IMG/VR virus record: IMGVR_UViG_3300032144_000007
Span: 764-64,763 of that record
DNA from: a virus
Strand: one strand, 5' to 3'
DNA: 64,000 nucleotides
Below are positions 1 through 7,333 of this stretch, piece after piece. How positions within the stretch are numbered: position 1 is the stretch's first letter; each line of letters opens with the position of its first letter. Made by a program: the position numbers and the translations under genes. Under the pieces are notes generated by a model. That model was not told where the DNA came from. It ran no database searches and worked only from the letters and a program-made list of their open reading frames with translations.

Positions 1-1
1 C

Positions 2-1417
2 GTCTACAATCCGATCCGGCCTGACGGTCGGCGCAAACGGCGGCAAGCGGTGCTGTCGGTCGGGCGTCGAGCGGGCAAGTCGCTGCTGGCGGCGATCCTC
101 TTGCTGCTGCACCTGGTAGGGCCGTTCAAGAAACCGAACTCGACCATCGTGTCCGCCGCGACGACCCGCAAGCAAGCCGCCATCGTTCACCGCCTCGTCT
201 CAGACATCATCGCCCGCAACACCGCACTCATCCGCAAGCTGAAGGTCATCCCGTCGTCGAAGGTCATCACGCACCGCGACGACGGCTCGACCTACACCGC
301 GATCTCGGCGGACGCCGGAGCGGCGTTCGGCGAAGGCCTGGATTTTGTGATCTATGACGAACTGGCGCAAACCAAGGGCACGGCGCTCTATGACGCGCTG
401 ATGACCTCGCTTGGATCGCAGACCGAACCGCTGATGATGGTGATTTCGACGCAGGCGGCGAATGACGAGCATATCCTCAGTGAATTGATCGACTATGGCC
501 TGAAGGTGAAGGCGGGGCAGATCGAAGACGAGACCTTCACGGTGCACCTCTACACCGCCGACGCGGAATGCAAGCTGGATGATGAAAGCCAGTGGCTGAA
601 GGCAAACCCGACGCTCGGCGACTATCGCGACATCGACGAGTTCCGCACGATGATGCAGCGGGCGGCAAAGATGCCAGCGTTGCAGGCGTCAGTGAGAAAC
701 CTGTACTTGAACCAACGGGTGCAGGCGAAGGCACCGTTCATCACGCAAGGCATTTGGGCGAGGGGAAGCGAACCGATCAACGAGGCGCTGTTCTATGACG
801 GGCGCAAGGTCGGGGCAGGGCTCGACCTGTCGGCTCGCGTGGACTTGTCGGCGCTGGTGATGGCGGCTGAAGACGACGACGGCATCATCCACCTGATGCC
901 GCGCATCTGGACGCCGGACGACACGCTGGACGCTCGTGCGATCCGCGACCGCGCGCCCTACCGCGCATGGGCGGACAAAGACCTGATGATCCCGGTGCCG
1001 GGCGAAGCGCTCGACTATGACTTCCTCGCCGCCGACATCGGCGAACTGTCGCGCACCGTGCCGTTCCACAGGATCGCATACGACCGCTGGCGCATCGACG
1101 TGTTCAAGCAGTCGCTGGCGCGGCAAGGGCTGATCATTCCGCTGATGAGCCACGGACAGGGTTTTAAGGATATGGCACCGACACTGGACCTGTTCGAAGA
1201 ACTGGTTTTGCAGGGTAGGATACGGCACGGCAATCACCCGGTGTTGAAGTGGGCGATGTCGAATGTGGTGGTAGCTTTCGATGCGGCCTATAACCGCAAG
1301 CCTGAGAAGGCGAAGAGTACCGGGCGCATTGACCCGGCTGTGGCCGCATTCATGGCGATTGCGGCGCTCAAACTGGAGACCGAAGCGGCTGTCGATGTCG
1401 CCGCCTTGATCGCCTGA
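2..1417 (+). CDS. terL: Terminase large subunit (5'-truncated at window edge)
   Basis: Frame open from base 2. Walker A-like GRRAGKS, Walker B VIYDE, nuclease GLDLS..DLSA, C-terminal HPVLKWAMSNV..K.KSTGRIDPAVA typical of Terminase_1/HK97-type TerL. Confidence 0.95.
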   Translation, partial: VYNPIRPDGRRKRRQAVLSVGRRAGKSLLAAILLLLHLVGPFKKPNSTIVSAATTRKQAAIVHRLVSDIIARNTALIRKLKVIPSSKVITHRDDGSTYTAISADAGAAFGEGLDFVIYDELAQTKGTALYDALMTSLGSQTEPLMMVISTQAANDEHILSELIDYGLKVKAGQIEDETFTVHLYTADAECKLDDESQWLKANPTLGDYRDIDEFRTMMQRAAKMPALQASVRNLYLNQRVQAKAPFITQGIWARGSEPINEALFYDGRKVGAGLDLSARVDLSALVMAAEDDDGIIHLMPRIWTPDDTLDARAIRDRAPYRAWADKDLMIPVPGEALDYDFLAADIGELSRTVPFHRIAYDRWRIDVFKQSLARQGLIIPLMSHGQGFKDMAPTLDLFEELVLQGRIRHGNHPVLKWAMSNVVVAFDAAYNRKPEKAKSTGRIDPAVAAFMAIAALKLETEAAVDVAALIA

Positions 1418-1435
1418 AACCATAGGGGAAGTCCG

Positions 1436-1636
1436 ATGATCGGAACATTCATCTATCTGGTCGTGGTGTGCGCCGTCGCGGCGCTGGTCTATTGGGCCGT
1501 CGATGCGTTGGGGACGCCGGAGCCAATCGCGCGCATCGTCAAGGTGGCGGCGGTGGTGATCGCCGTCCTGATCATCATCCTGATCTTTCTCAGGATGCTT
1601 GGAATGGCTGACGGCATCACCATCCCGGCGCTATGA
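1436..1636 (+). CDS. Small 2-TM membrane protein (possible holin)
   Basis: 66 aa, two hydrophobic helices, GGGGA SD. Holin role is inference only. Confidence 0.55.
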   Translation: MIGTFIYLVVVCAVAALVYWAVDALGTPEPIARIVKVAAVVIAVLIIILIFLRMLGMADGITIPAL

Positions 1637-1639
1637 GCG

Positions 1640-1870
1640 TCAGGTGAATTTCCAGTTCCAGTCTTCGTCACAGGCGGCGTTGATGCGGATGCCTGTGCCT
1701 TCTTCCGCCATCTTCTTCGCGGCCAGCGCCAGCCGGGCGATCTCGACCCGGTCGAGGTTGGTGACGTTCTGTTCCGCCGCCGTGCGCTCGCACAGTATTT
1801 CGAAGAAGGATTGAGCATTCCGGGCCGTCTCAACGCGCTTCCGGTTCATCCGCATATCGATGATCGTCAT
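1640..1870 (-). CDS. Hypothetical protein
   Basis: Start re-called at MTIIDMR with GGAG SD; packed in leftward operon. Confidence 0.6.
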   Translation of the reverse strand: MTIIDMRMNRKRVETARNAQSFFEILCERTAAEQNVTNLDRVEIARLALAAKKMAEEGTGIRINAACDEDWNWKFT

Positions 1871-2100
1871 GCCTGCTCCCTGTGGACGGTGAGACCAAGG
1901 CAAAAGGCGGCGGCTTGGATTTCCAGCGCTTCCGCCAGCAGCGGACTGGTGATGTCGCCATGCACCCGGTAAACGCGGAACTCGCCCTTGCCGGTGACCC
2001 TGTCGTGCCAGACGGCACAATCGACATGCCAGACCATGCCCTCATGTTCGATGCGGCGATGGTTCTCGCTGAAGACTTTCTTGCGGGCTGCAATTTTCAT
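1867..2100 (-). CDS. Hypothetical protein
   Basis: Start MKIAARKK with AGGAG SD; 4-nt overlap with next gene. Confidence 0.6.
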   Translation of the reverse strand: MKIAARKKVFSENHRRIEHEGMVWHVDCAVWHDRVTGKGEFRVYRVHGDITSPLLAEALEIQAAAFCLGLTVHREQA

Positions 2101-2108
2101 GACTGCTC

Positions 2109-2195
2109 CTACAGGCGAAAGAGTTGTCGGATGAAGACGTAGAAGGCGGCGGCGATCACGAGCCAAGCGCATGCCCAAATCAGAATCGCTTCCAT
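2109..2195 (-). CDS. 28-aa hydrophobic micro-peptide (MEAILIWACAWLVIAAAFYVFIRQLFRL)
   Basis: Read manually; fills the gap between two operon genes; single TM with basic tail. Confidence 0.4.
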   Translation of the reverse strand: MEAILIWACAWLVIAAAFYVFIRQLFRL

Positions 2196-2197
2196 GG

Positions 2198-2536
2198 TCA
2201 ATAGTCCAGTCGCTTGTCACGGACGTTGTACGGCGTCGCCTTTCCGTCCGCGTGGCGGTAGCGCAACGAATATCCATGACGATAGAAGCAGTTTCGCAGA
2301 TCGTCGATCTGGCCGCTGAAATCGGCAAACTGGCCGTAGAGATAATCCTGCGTTCCGCTGATCGACTGATAGCGTGCGCCGCATCCCTTGCGGACAGGCT
2401 GCAACGCCGGATCGCTGATCGGCACCTTCTTGTTGTCGGACAGCCGGACGTACTCCGGCTTCCCGATGGAGATGTTGGGATCGGTGACGCACCCGGCGAG
2501 TGGGATGAGTGCGGCGAGCGCGATGATCCGTTTCAT
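2198..2536 (-). CDS. Predicted lipoprotein
   Basis: MKR + hydrophobic stretch + lipobox LAG-C. Confidence 0.75.
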   Translation of the reverse strand: MKRIIALAALIPLAGCVTDPNISIGKPEYVRLSDNKKVPISDPALQPVRKGCGARYQSISGTQDYLYGQFADFSGQIDDLRNCFYRHGYSLRYRHADGKATPYNVRDKRLDY

Positions 2537-2548
2537 GATGTGATCCTC

Positions 2549-2827
2549 TCAGCCGTGACCGGCGCAAGCTTTGAGACGGGCGATCTCGCCTTCATTGTCG
2601 GAGCCGGACATGGAGCCAAGCGGAAGGCCGATCAGGAAGACGCCGATGGCGTCGGTGTTGGCGGCGGATTGCTGCACGGCGGACAGTTCCTTCAGGCGCT
2701 GCTCGGCTTTGGCAACGGGCGGGCAGTTCGTCTTGTAGGGGAGCGGCTTGATCCGGCCCGGTGGTGTGGCGCAACCGGCGATCAGAGCAGCGACGGCAAC
2801 GGCGATGACGGTAGTGGTTTTCTTCAC
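2549..2827 (-). CDS. Predicted lipoprotein
   Basis: GTG start after AGGA SD; MKK + hydrophobic stretch + lipobox IAG-C; internal hydrophobic hairpin. Confidence 0.7.
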   Translation of the reverse strand: MKKTTTVIAVAVAALIAGCATPPGRIKPLPYKTNCPPVAKAEQRLKELSAVQQSAANTDAIGVFLIGLPLGSMSGSDNEGEIARLKACAGHG

Positions 2828-2837
2828 GGTGATTGTC

Positions 2838-3218
2838 CTACTTCGCAGGGTAGATGGCGGCGATGGTGAAGGCGTCCGCCTCAAAGGTGATTTCGAGATC
2901 GCGGCCATCGCAGGCGGTGTTGATGATGAAGGCGGCTTCAATGAACTCGACGCCATCGTCGCCGCCGAAGGTGTTCTCCTTCGCGTGCCACCAGACATCG
3001 AATGCCATCGTGTCTGGATTGCACTCGCGGGCGTAGATGTGGTTTGGCGTGCCGCGCTCTTCGCCATTGTGCATCAGATAGACGCCTTGATCGCCGACCA
3101 GCCAGAAACCAGCGCCGGTCTCTTGATCCCATTGAGGCCTGACGCCTTTCGGCCACTGGTTGGTCGCGTCTTTGACCAGTTCGATCAGGTCGGCGTTCGC
3201 GAAGGTGAGTTTGTTCAT
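2838..3218 (-). CDS. DUF3085-like protein
   Basis: Motifs FWLVGDQGVYLM, YARECNP, FGGDDGVEFI. Confidence 0.7.
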   Translation of the reverse strand: MNKLTFANADLIELVKDATNQWPKGVRPQWDQETGAGFWLVGDQGVYLMHNGEERGTPNHIYARECNPDTMAFDVWWHAKENTFGGDDGVEFIEAAFIINTACDGRDLEITFEADAFTIAAIYPAK

Positions 3219-3227
3219 GGCCGCGAC

Positions 3228-3506
3228 TCAGAAGCAGTTGCCGTAGGCGTCGCAGGACCACGAGTTGCCCTTCGAACTCCAGCCATTCGTGCGACCGGTC
3301 GAGCCGTTGGTGCGCTGATTCCACATCGTTCCGGTGTTGTAATTGTAGCCTTGCGTGGTCGAGTTGCCGTACGTGTCGCGGCGAGTCGTGTAGCTGTTGC
3401 CGCTCTGGTAGTCATAGCAGCGCGTGGTCGAGCCGAACGAGTTGCACCCTGCATAGGCAGGAGCGGCAATGAGGGTCGCAGCGACGGCGATGATGAGCTT
3501 CTTCAT
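3228..3506 (-). CDS. Secreted Cys/Gly/Thr-rich small protein
   Basis: Sec signal MKKLIIAVAATLIAAPAYA; AAGGA SD; four Cys. Confidence 0.75.
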   Translation of the reverse strand: MKKLIIAVAATLIAAPAYAGCNSFGSTTRCYDYQSGNSYTTRRDTYGNSTTQGYNYNTGTMWNQRTNGSTGRTNGWSSKGNSWSCDAYGNCF

Positions 3507-3544
3507 GGTGATTTTCCTTGGTGAGTTGGTTTGACGGCGGCTTG

Positions 3545-4654
3545 TTAAGCGGCCTTCTTGGAATTGTTGAACGCTTCGATGATGTCGGCGAGCGGGGTGA
3601 GGGCGTCCAGCTTCGGCTCGATCAGCAGCGCCTCGAAACCCTTGAACATACCGAACACGGATGCCAGCTTCATCTTCTGGCTTTCGTCCTGTGCATTGTC
3701 GGGGTGCAGGCACGACAGCACCTTGCGGAACTGTGCCTTCGTCATGATGCCCTTCTCGTGCGAGCGGACGATCTGCTCGGCCAGTTCGATGCGGCGACCG
3801 TAGACCGGAAGGACGCTGTTGTTGATGAAGGTCTCGATGCCAGCAGCGATGCGACCGCCGACTTCCTTCTCCAGTGCGCGGCGCTCGACCTTCAGTGCGG
3901 CCTCGACACGCTTGGCGATCTTCTTTTCCAGCTTTTCATCGACCGGCTTTGCTTCCGGCTCGACATGCGTCAGCTTCAGCGGATCGATCTCGGTCGGCTT
4001 GACGACGGGCTCGATGGCGGGGCGCTTGTTGAGCCAGCTACCGTCAGTTGCGATTTCGGAATTATTCCGCTTCTGCATCACGCGGCTCACTGTCGCAGCG
4101 TTGACGCCGACTTCGTCAGCGGCTTCCTTCTGCGTCTTGCCTTCGGAAACCAGCGCGACGATCTTCTTGTTGCGGTCTTCCTCCAGCAGTTCGCGCGTCT
4201 CGGCAGTGATCTTCGTCGCCGACGATTCGGACACGCCGAACATGTCGGCGACTTCCTTCAGAGAGAACCCGTCGAAGACGAGATCGTTCATCATCTGGTC
4301 GCGCTGCTGGCGGGTGAGGTGGCGACGGCCAAGGTTCTGCGACAGGGCGAACCGGCGCGCGGCTTCATCGTTCGGGAAGTCGATGAAGGCGACCGGAACC
4401 TGATCGTCCTTGCCGATCTCCTTCAGTGCCGTCCATCGCGAACGGCCATCGACGATTTTGTTCTGGCCGGAATAGACGATGATCGGCGACGTCGCGTTGA
4501 AGCCGTGGTCGAGGATCGAACGCTTCAGCGTCTGGAAATCTTCGTCGGACGGGAAGGGGAAAGCCGATGCGGCCTGATGGATTTCGAACTCGACGGCCTT
4601 CGGGTTTACGTACTGGATTGTAGCGGCGAAACCGCAGATAACCATGTCAGTCAT
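3545..4654 (-). CDS. ParB/Srx-like N-terminal domain plus HTH domains
   Basis: IVDGRSR (ParB-like DG.HR motif), FALSQNLGRRHLT, two HTH-like segments (SLKEVADMFGVSES; TQKEAADEVGVNAATVSR); AGGAG SD at MTDMVI. Confidence 0.75.
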   Translation of the reverse strand: MTDMVICGFAATIQYVNPKAVEFEIHQAASAFPFPSDEDFQTLKRSILDHGFNATSPIIVYSGQNKIVDGRSRWTALKEIGKDDQVPVAFIDFPNDEAARRFALSQNLGRRHLTRQQRDQMMNDLVFDGFSLKEVADMFGVSESSATKITAETRELLEEDRNKKIVALVSEGKTQKEAADEVGVNAATVSRVMQKRNNSEIATDGSWLNKRPAIEPVVKPTEIDPLKLTHVEPEAKPVDEKLEKKIAKRVEAALKVERRALEKEVGGRIAAGIETFINNSVLPVYGRRIELAEQIVRSHEKGIMTKAQFRKVLSCLHPDNAQDESQKMKLASVFGMFKGFEALLIEPKLDALTPLADIIEAFNNSKKAA

Positions 4655-4707
4655 TGCCTTGCTCCTGTTTTGCAGCCCTACGCCGCGTTGATGTACATAG
4701 ATGTAAA

Positions 4708-4760
4708 TTACCCTCACGGTAAATGCAAGTGTTGCAATCGAACAAATTTGCATTTAAGGA
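4708..4760 (+). promoter_or_regulatory. Sigma70-like promoter of Y RNA-Ro60 operon with palindromic operator candidates
   Basis: TTGCAA(4732-4737)-17 nt-TAAGGA(4755-4760); predicted +1 near 4767 coincides with the 5' end of the first Y RNA stem; CAAATTTG in spacer; TTACC-N5-GGTAA at 4708-4722. Confidence 0.55.
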
Positions 4761-4766
4761 ATGATT

Positions 4767-4839
4767 GTCGGTGTGGCGAAAGATCGCGGTTACTTCCTTT
4801 GAACGGAACCTCGTACCGCTTTCGTTTATTCCCATCGGC
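4767..4839 (+). ncRNA. Y RNA-like unit 1 (73 nt, minimal)
   Basis: Terminal stem GTCGGTG/CATCGGC; 5' motif TGGCGAAAG (fits bacterial Ro-binding GNCGAAN0-1G); CGGTTACTTC; 3' TTCC; inner GCGGT(T)AC/GTACCGC pairing. Confidence 0.75.
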
Positions 4840-4854
4840 GCTTCGGACGATTTC

Positions 4855-4988
4855 GTCTGGCGTGGCGTAGAGATCGGTTACTTCATGTAATCTGTGGGTC
4901 GTCGGTTCGAATCCGGCTCCGGCTTTGCCGGGTAGCTCAGTGGTAGAGCAACGGAAAAAAGCCCGAACTCGCTTCATTCCCGCCAGAC
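4855..4988 (+). ncRNA. yrlA: YrlA-type Y RNA (circularly permuted tRNA mimic), unit 2
   Basis: Terminal stem GTCTGGCG/CGCCAGAC; TGGCGTAG..CGGTTACTTC; T arm GTCGG-TTCGAAT-CCGGC (4901-4917) BEFORE a loop-closed acceptor stem TCCGGC-TTT-GCCGGG (4918-4932) and D arm AGCTC-AGTGGTA-GAGC; TCTGT/ACGGA stem replaces the anticodon arm. Confidence 0.92.
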
Positions 4989-5001
4989 CTCAATGACTGC
5001 G

Positions 5002-5069
5002 CTGACGTGGCGTAGGACGCGGCTACTTCTTTCAAATGGTGGACGCCGCTATCCGTTTGTTCCCGTCAG
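5002..5069 (+). ncRNA. Y RNA-like unit 3 (68 nt, minimal)
   Basis: Terminal stem CTGACG/CGTCAG; TGGCGTAG..CGGCTACTTC; GCGGC/GCCGC inner stem; 3' TTCC. Confidence 0.75.
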
Positions 5070-5078
5070 AACCGTCAA

Positions 5079-5208
5079 GTCGGGCGTGGCGAAAGGACCG
5101 GTTACTTCGGAAAAGCAGTTGGTTAACAGCCGACTGTGAGTGGTCTTCAAAGTCCACAGCACCATGCTTAGGATGGTGTGTTAACCGACCTGATTTTTCC
5201 CGCCCGAC
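5079..5208 (+). ncRNA. Y RNA-like unit 4 (130 nt, branched distal domain)
   Basis: Terminal stem GTCGGGCG/CGCCCGAC; TGGCGAAAG..CGGTTACTTC; GGTTAAC/GTTAACC stem enclosing two hairpins (TTCAAA loop; CACCAT-GCTTAGG-ATGGTG). Confidence 0.78.
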
Positions 5209-5266
5209 CCTCGTCCCTTCGCGCCCTGGTACGCCTCGATCGACGATCGAAAACAGGAGACCAGGC

Positions 5267-6571
5267 ATGCGCAAGAACAACAAGATCAAGTCCGAAATCA
5301 CCACTCACGAAGGCGCTCCGGCTGTCGGCATCACGCCGGTCCAGCAGCTGCGCCGGTCGATCCTGTCGTGCCTTCTTTGGGAACGCGAGTTCTATGAAGA
5401 CGGCCAGTCCATCGTGGATCGCATCGTCGAGACCGCCGCCAAGGTGCCGAAGGACGAGGTGGCGAAACTCGCCATCGAAGCACGCACGACCCACGGCCTG
5501 CGCCATGCGCCACTGATGCTGCTGCTCGACCTCATCCGTCGTGGCGGTCCGGGCGTCGCCGACGCTATCGAAGGCACGATCTCGCGTCCCGACGAAATCA
5601 CCGAACTGGTCGCGCTCTACTGGCTGAAGGGCAAGCGTCCGCTGTCGGCGCAGATGAAGATCGGTCTGGCCCGCGCGTTCGCCAAGTTCAACGAGTATTC
5701 GCTGGCGAAGTATGACCGCGACGGCAAGGTGCGTCTGCGCGACGTCCTGTTCCTGTGCCACGCCAAGGGCGCGACGGAAGAACAGGCGGCGGTCTACAAG
5801 CGGCTTGCCAACAAGGAACTGAAGACGCCGGACACGTGGGAAGTCGCCCTGTCTGGCGGCGCGGACAAGAAGGAGACGTTCACCCGTCTGCTGACGGAAG
5901 GAAAGCTTGGCTATCTGGCTCTGCTGCGCAACCTGCGCAACATGGTCGATGCCGGTGTCGATATCGATCTGGTGCGTCAGGCCATTCTGAAGCGCAGTGG
6001 TGCAAAGCTGGTCTTCCCGTTCCGCTATGTCGCCGCTGCTCGCGTGGTGCCGCAGCTGGAGTCGGTTCTCGACGTGGCGCTGATCGACGCGGTGACGGAA
6101 GGCGTGCATCTGCCCGGCAAGACGATTGTGCTGGTGGACGTATCCGGTTCGATGGATGCCAAGATGTCGGCCAAGTCGGACATGACCCGCATGGATGCGG
6201 CGGCAACGCTGGCATCTGTGATCAACGGCGATCTCAGGGTGTTCTCGTTCTCCGGTCACACCAAGGAAGTCCCGGCACGTCGCGGCATGGCCGGTGTCGA
6301 TGCGATCATCCATTCGCAGCTTCACGGCGGCACGGAACTCGGCGGTGCGGTGCGCCACGCCAACGCGCTTGCGCACGACCGGCTGATCGTCATCACCGAC
6401 GAACAGTCCGCGACGCGCGTCCCGGCTCCGAAGGCTGGCAAGGCCTACATGATCAACGTCGCGTCCTACAAGAACGGCGTCGGTTACCGGAACGGCTGGA
6501 CGCACATCGACGGTTTCTCTGAAGCGGTCATCCGCTACATCGCCGCGATGGAAGGTCTGGTGTCGGAATGA
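5267..6571 (+). CDS. rsr: Ro60/Rsr TROVE-domain RNA-binding protein
   Basis: N-terminal THEGAPA, SCLLWEREFYEDG, vWA MIDAS DVSGSM, IVITDEQS, C-terminal INVASYKNGVGY..W.HIDGFSE; start at 5267 with AGGAG SD; 434 aa. Confidence 0.93.
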   Translation: MRKNNKIKSEITTHEGAPAVGITPVQQLRRSILSCLLWEREFYEDGQSIVDRIVETAAKVPKDEVAKLAIEARTTHGLRHAPLMLLLDLIRRGGPGVADAIEGTISRPDEITELVALYWLKGKRPLSAQMKIGLARAFAKFNEYSLAKYDRDGKVRLRDVLFLCHAKGATEEQAAVYKRLANKELKTPDTWEVALSGGADKKETFTRLLTEGKLGYLALLRNLRNMVDAGVDIDLVRQAILKRSGAKLVFPFRYVAAARVVPQLESVLDVALIDAVTEGVHLPGKTIVLVDVSGSMDAKMSAKSDMTRMDAAATLASVINGDLRVFSFSGHTKEVPARRGMAGVDAIIHSQLHGGTELGGAVRHANALAHDRLIVITDEQSATRVPAPKAGKAYMINVASYKNGVGYRNGWTHIDGFSEAVIRYIAAMEGLVSE

Positions 6572-6774
6572 AGGAGAAAACCGCCGCGATCCTTCGGGAC
6601 ATCTTCGACGAGACGGAAACGGATCGGCCTGACAAGTCGTTCGAATGGCTGTTGCAAATGACAGCCGACGTCGCAAACCAGCGGCACGGCTGGCGGTTCG
6701 AACCGCACGACATCGTGCAGGCACTGGCGATGGGAGTGCCAAAGCTGGCCGATGAGAAGACCATGAAGCAGTAA
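6568..6774 (+). CDS. Hypothetical protein translationally coupled to Ro60
   Basis: ATGA overlap with Ro60 stop; lies before the operon terminator. Confidence 0.65.
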   Translation: MKEKTAAILRDIFDETETDRPDKSFEWLLQMTADVANQRHGWRFEPHDIVQALAMGVPKLADEKTMKQ

Positions 6775-6776
6775 AG

Positions 6777-6802
6777 AAAGGGGCCGCGAAAGCGGCCCTT
6801 TT
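6777..6802. terminator. Bidirectional intrinsic terminator
   Basis: AAAGGGCCGC-GAAA-GCGGCCCTTTT between convergent operons. Confidence 0.85.
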
Positions 6803-6873
6803 CACAGGAAGGCGAGCAGGATGAAGAGCAGGGCGATCACGATCAGAAAGGTGAAGGCCTGACGCTCGTTCAT
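6802..6873 (-). CDS. 23-aa membrane micro-peptide (MNERQAFTFLIVIALLFILLAFL)
   Basis: Read manually; TGATG coupling to upstream gene; AAGGA SD. Confidence 0.5.
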   Translation of the reverse strand: MNERQAFTFLIVIALLFILLAFL

Positions 6874-7043
6874 CACCGATCCTTTCTGCGCTCCAGTTCG
6901 ACGACCCGCCGATGCAGATCATTGATCAGGATGCGTTGCAACCGCGCTGTCTTTGCGGCGTAGATCAGGCCGACAGCGACGAGCAGCATGCCCATGGTCT
7001 GAAAGAACTCTCTGAAGGCCGACAGCCAATCCATCAATGTCAT
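6873..7043 (-). CDS. Small membrane protein
   Basis: One TM helix plus coiled-coil tail; ATGA coupling. Confidence 0.5.
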   Translation of the reverse strand: MTLMDWLSAFREFFQTMGMLLVAVGLIYAAKTARLQRILINDLHRRVVELERRKDR

Positions 7044-7333
7044 GCGTCGATCCATTCTTCGCCAGTTTCCAGGTTGCGTCGTCTTCCGGTGCCAAAGTGC
7101 CGGTGCCAGCGGTCGCCGGGATCGCCAGTGCCATCCCAATTCATGAGCGCGCTGATCGCGTCGGGCAGGTGCTTGAAGCAATACCTGTCGGCGTAACCGT
7201 TGTGGTCGATGTCCACATGGAGCGTCCAGTGAAACATCAGCCGCAGCACGCCGCCGAGCCGCCCATCAGGAAGCGTGCGAAGGATGACGTAGGATTTGCG
7301 TATGCGAGGGTCGAGATCGTCAGGGGTTATCAT
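7040..7333 (-). CDS. Hypothetical phage protein
   Basis: 97 aa; GGAGG SD; RYCF..WDG.GDP motif. Confidence 0.7.
   Translation of the reverse strand: MITPDDLDPRIRKSYVILRTLPDGRLGGVLRLMFHWTLHVDIDHNGYADRYCFKHLPDAISALMNWDGTGDPGDRWHRHFGTGRRRNLETGEEWIDA

Noticed and set aside
4891-4955. Canonical tRNA gene
   Set aside because: T arm precedes D arm, the acceptor stem is loop-closed, and there is no CCA or intact anticodon loop; this fits YrlA instead.
4767-5208. CRISPR array (repeated GTGGCG..CGGTTACTTC motif)
   Set aside because: Unit lengths vary from 68 to 134 nt, the repeats are split 5'/3' stem halves with compensatory changes, and no cas gene is present.
5036-5266. 77-aa N-terminal extension of Ro60 given by the ORF track
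   Set aside because: It overlaps Y RNA units 3-4; the ATG at 5267 has a strong AGGAG SD and the family N-terminal THEGA motif follows shortly after.
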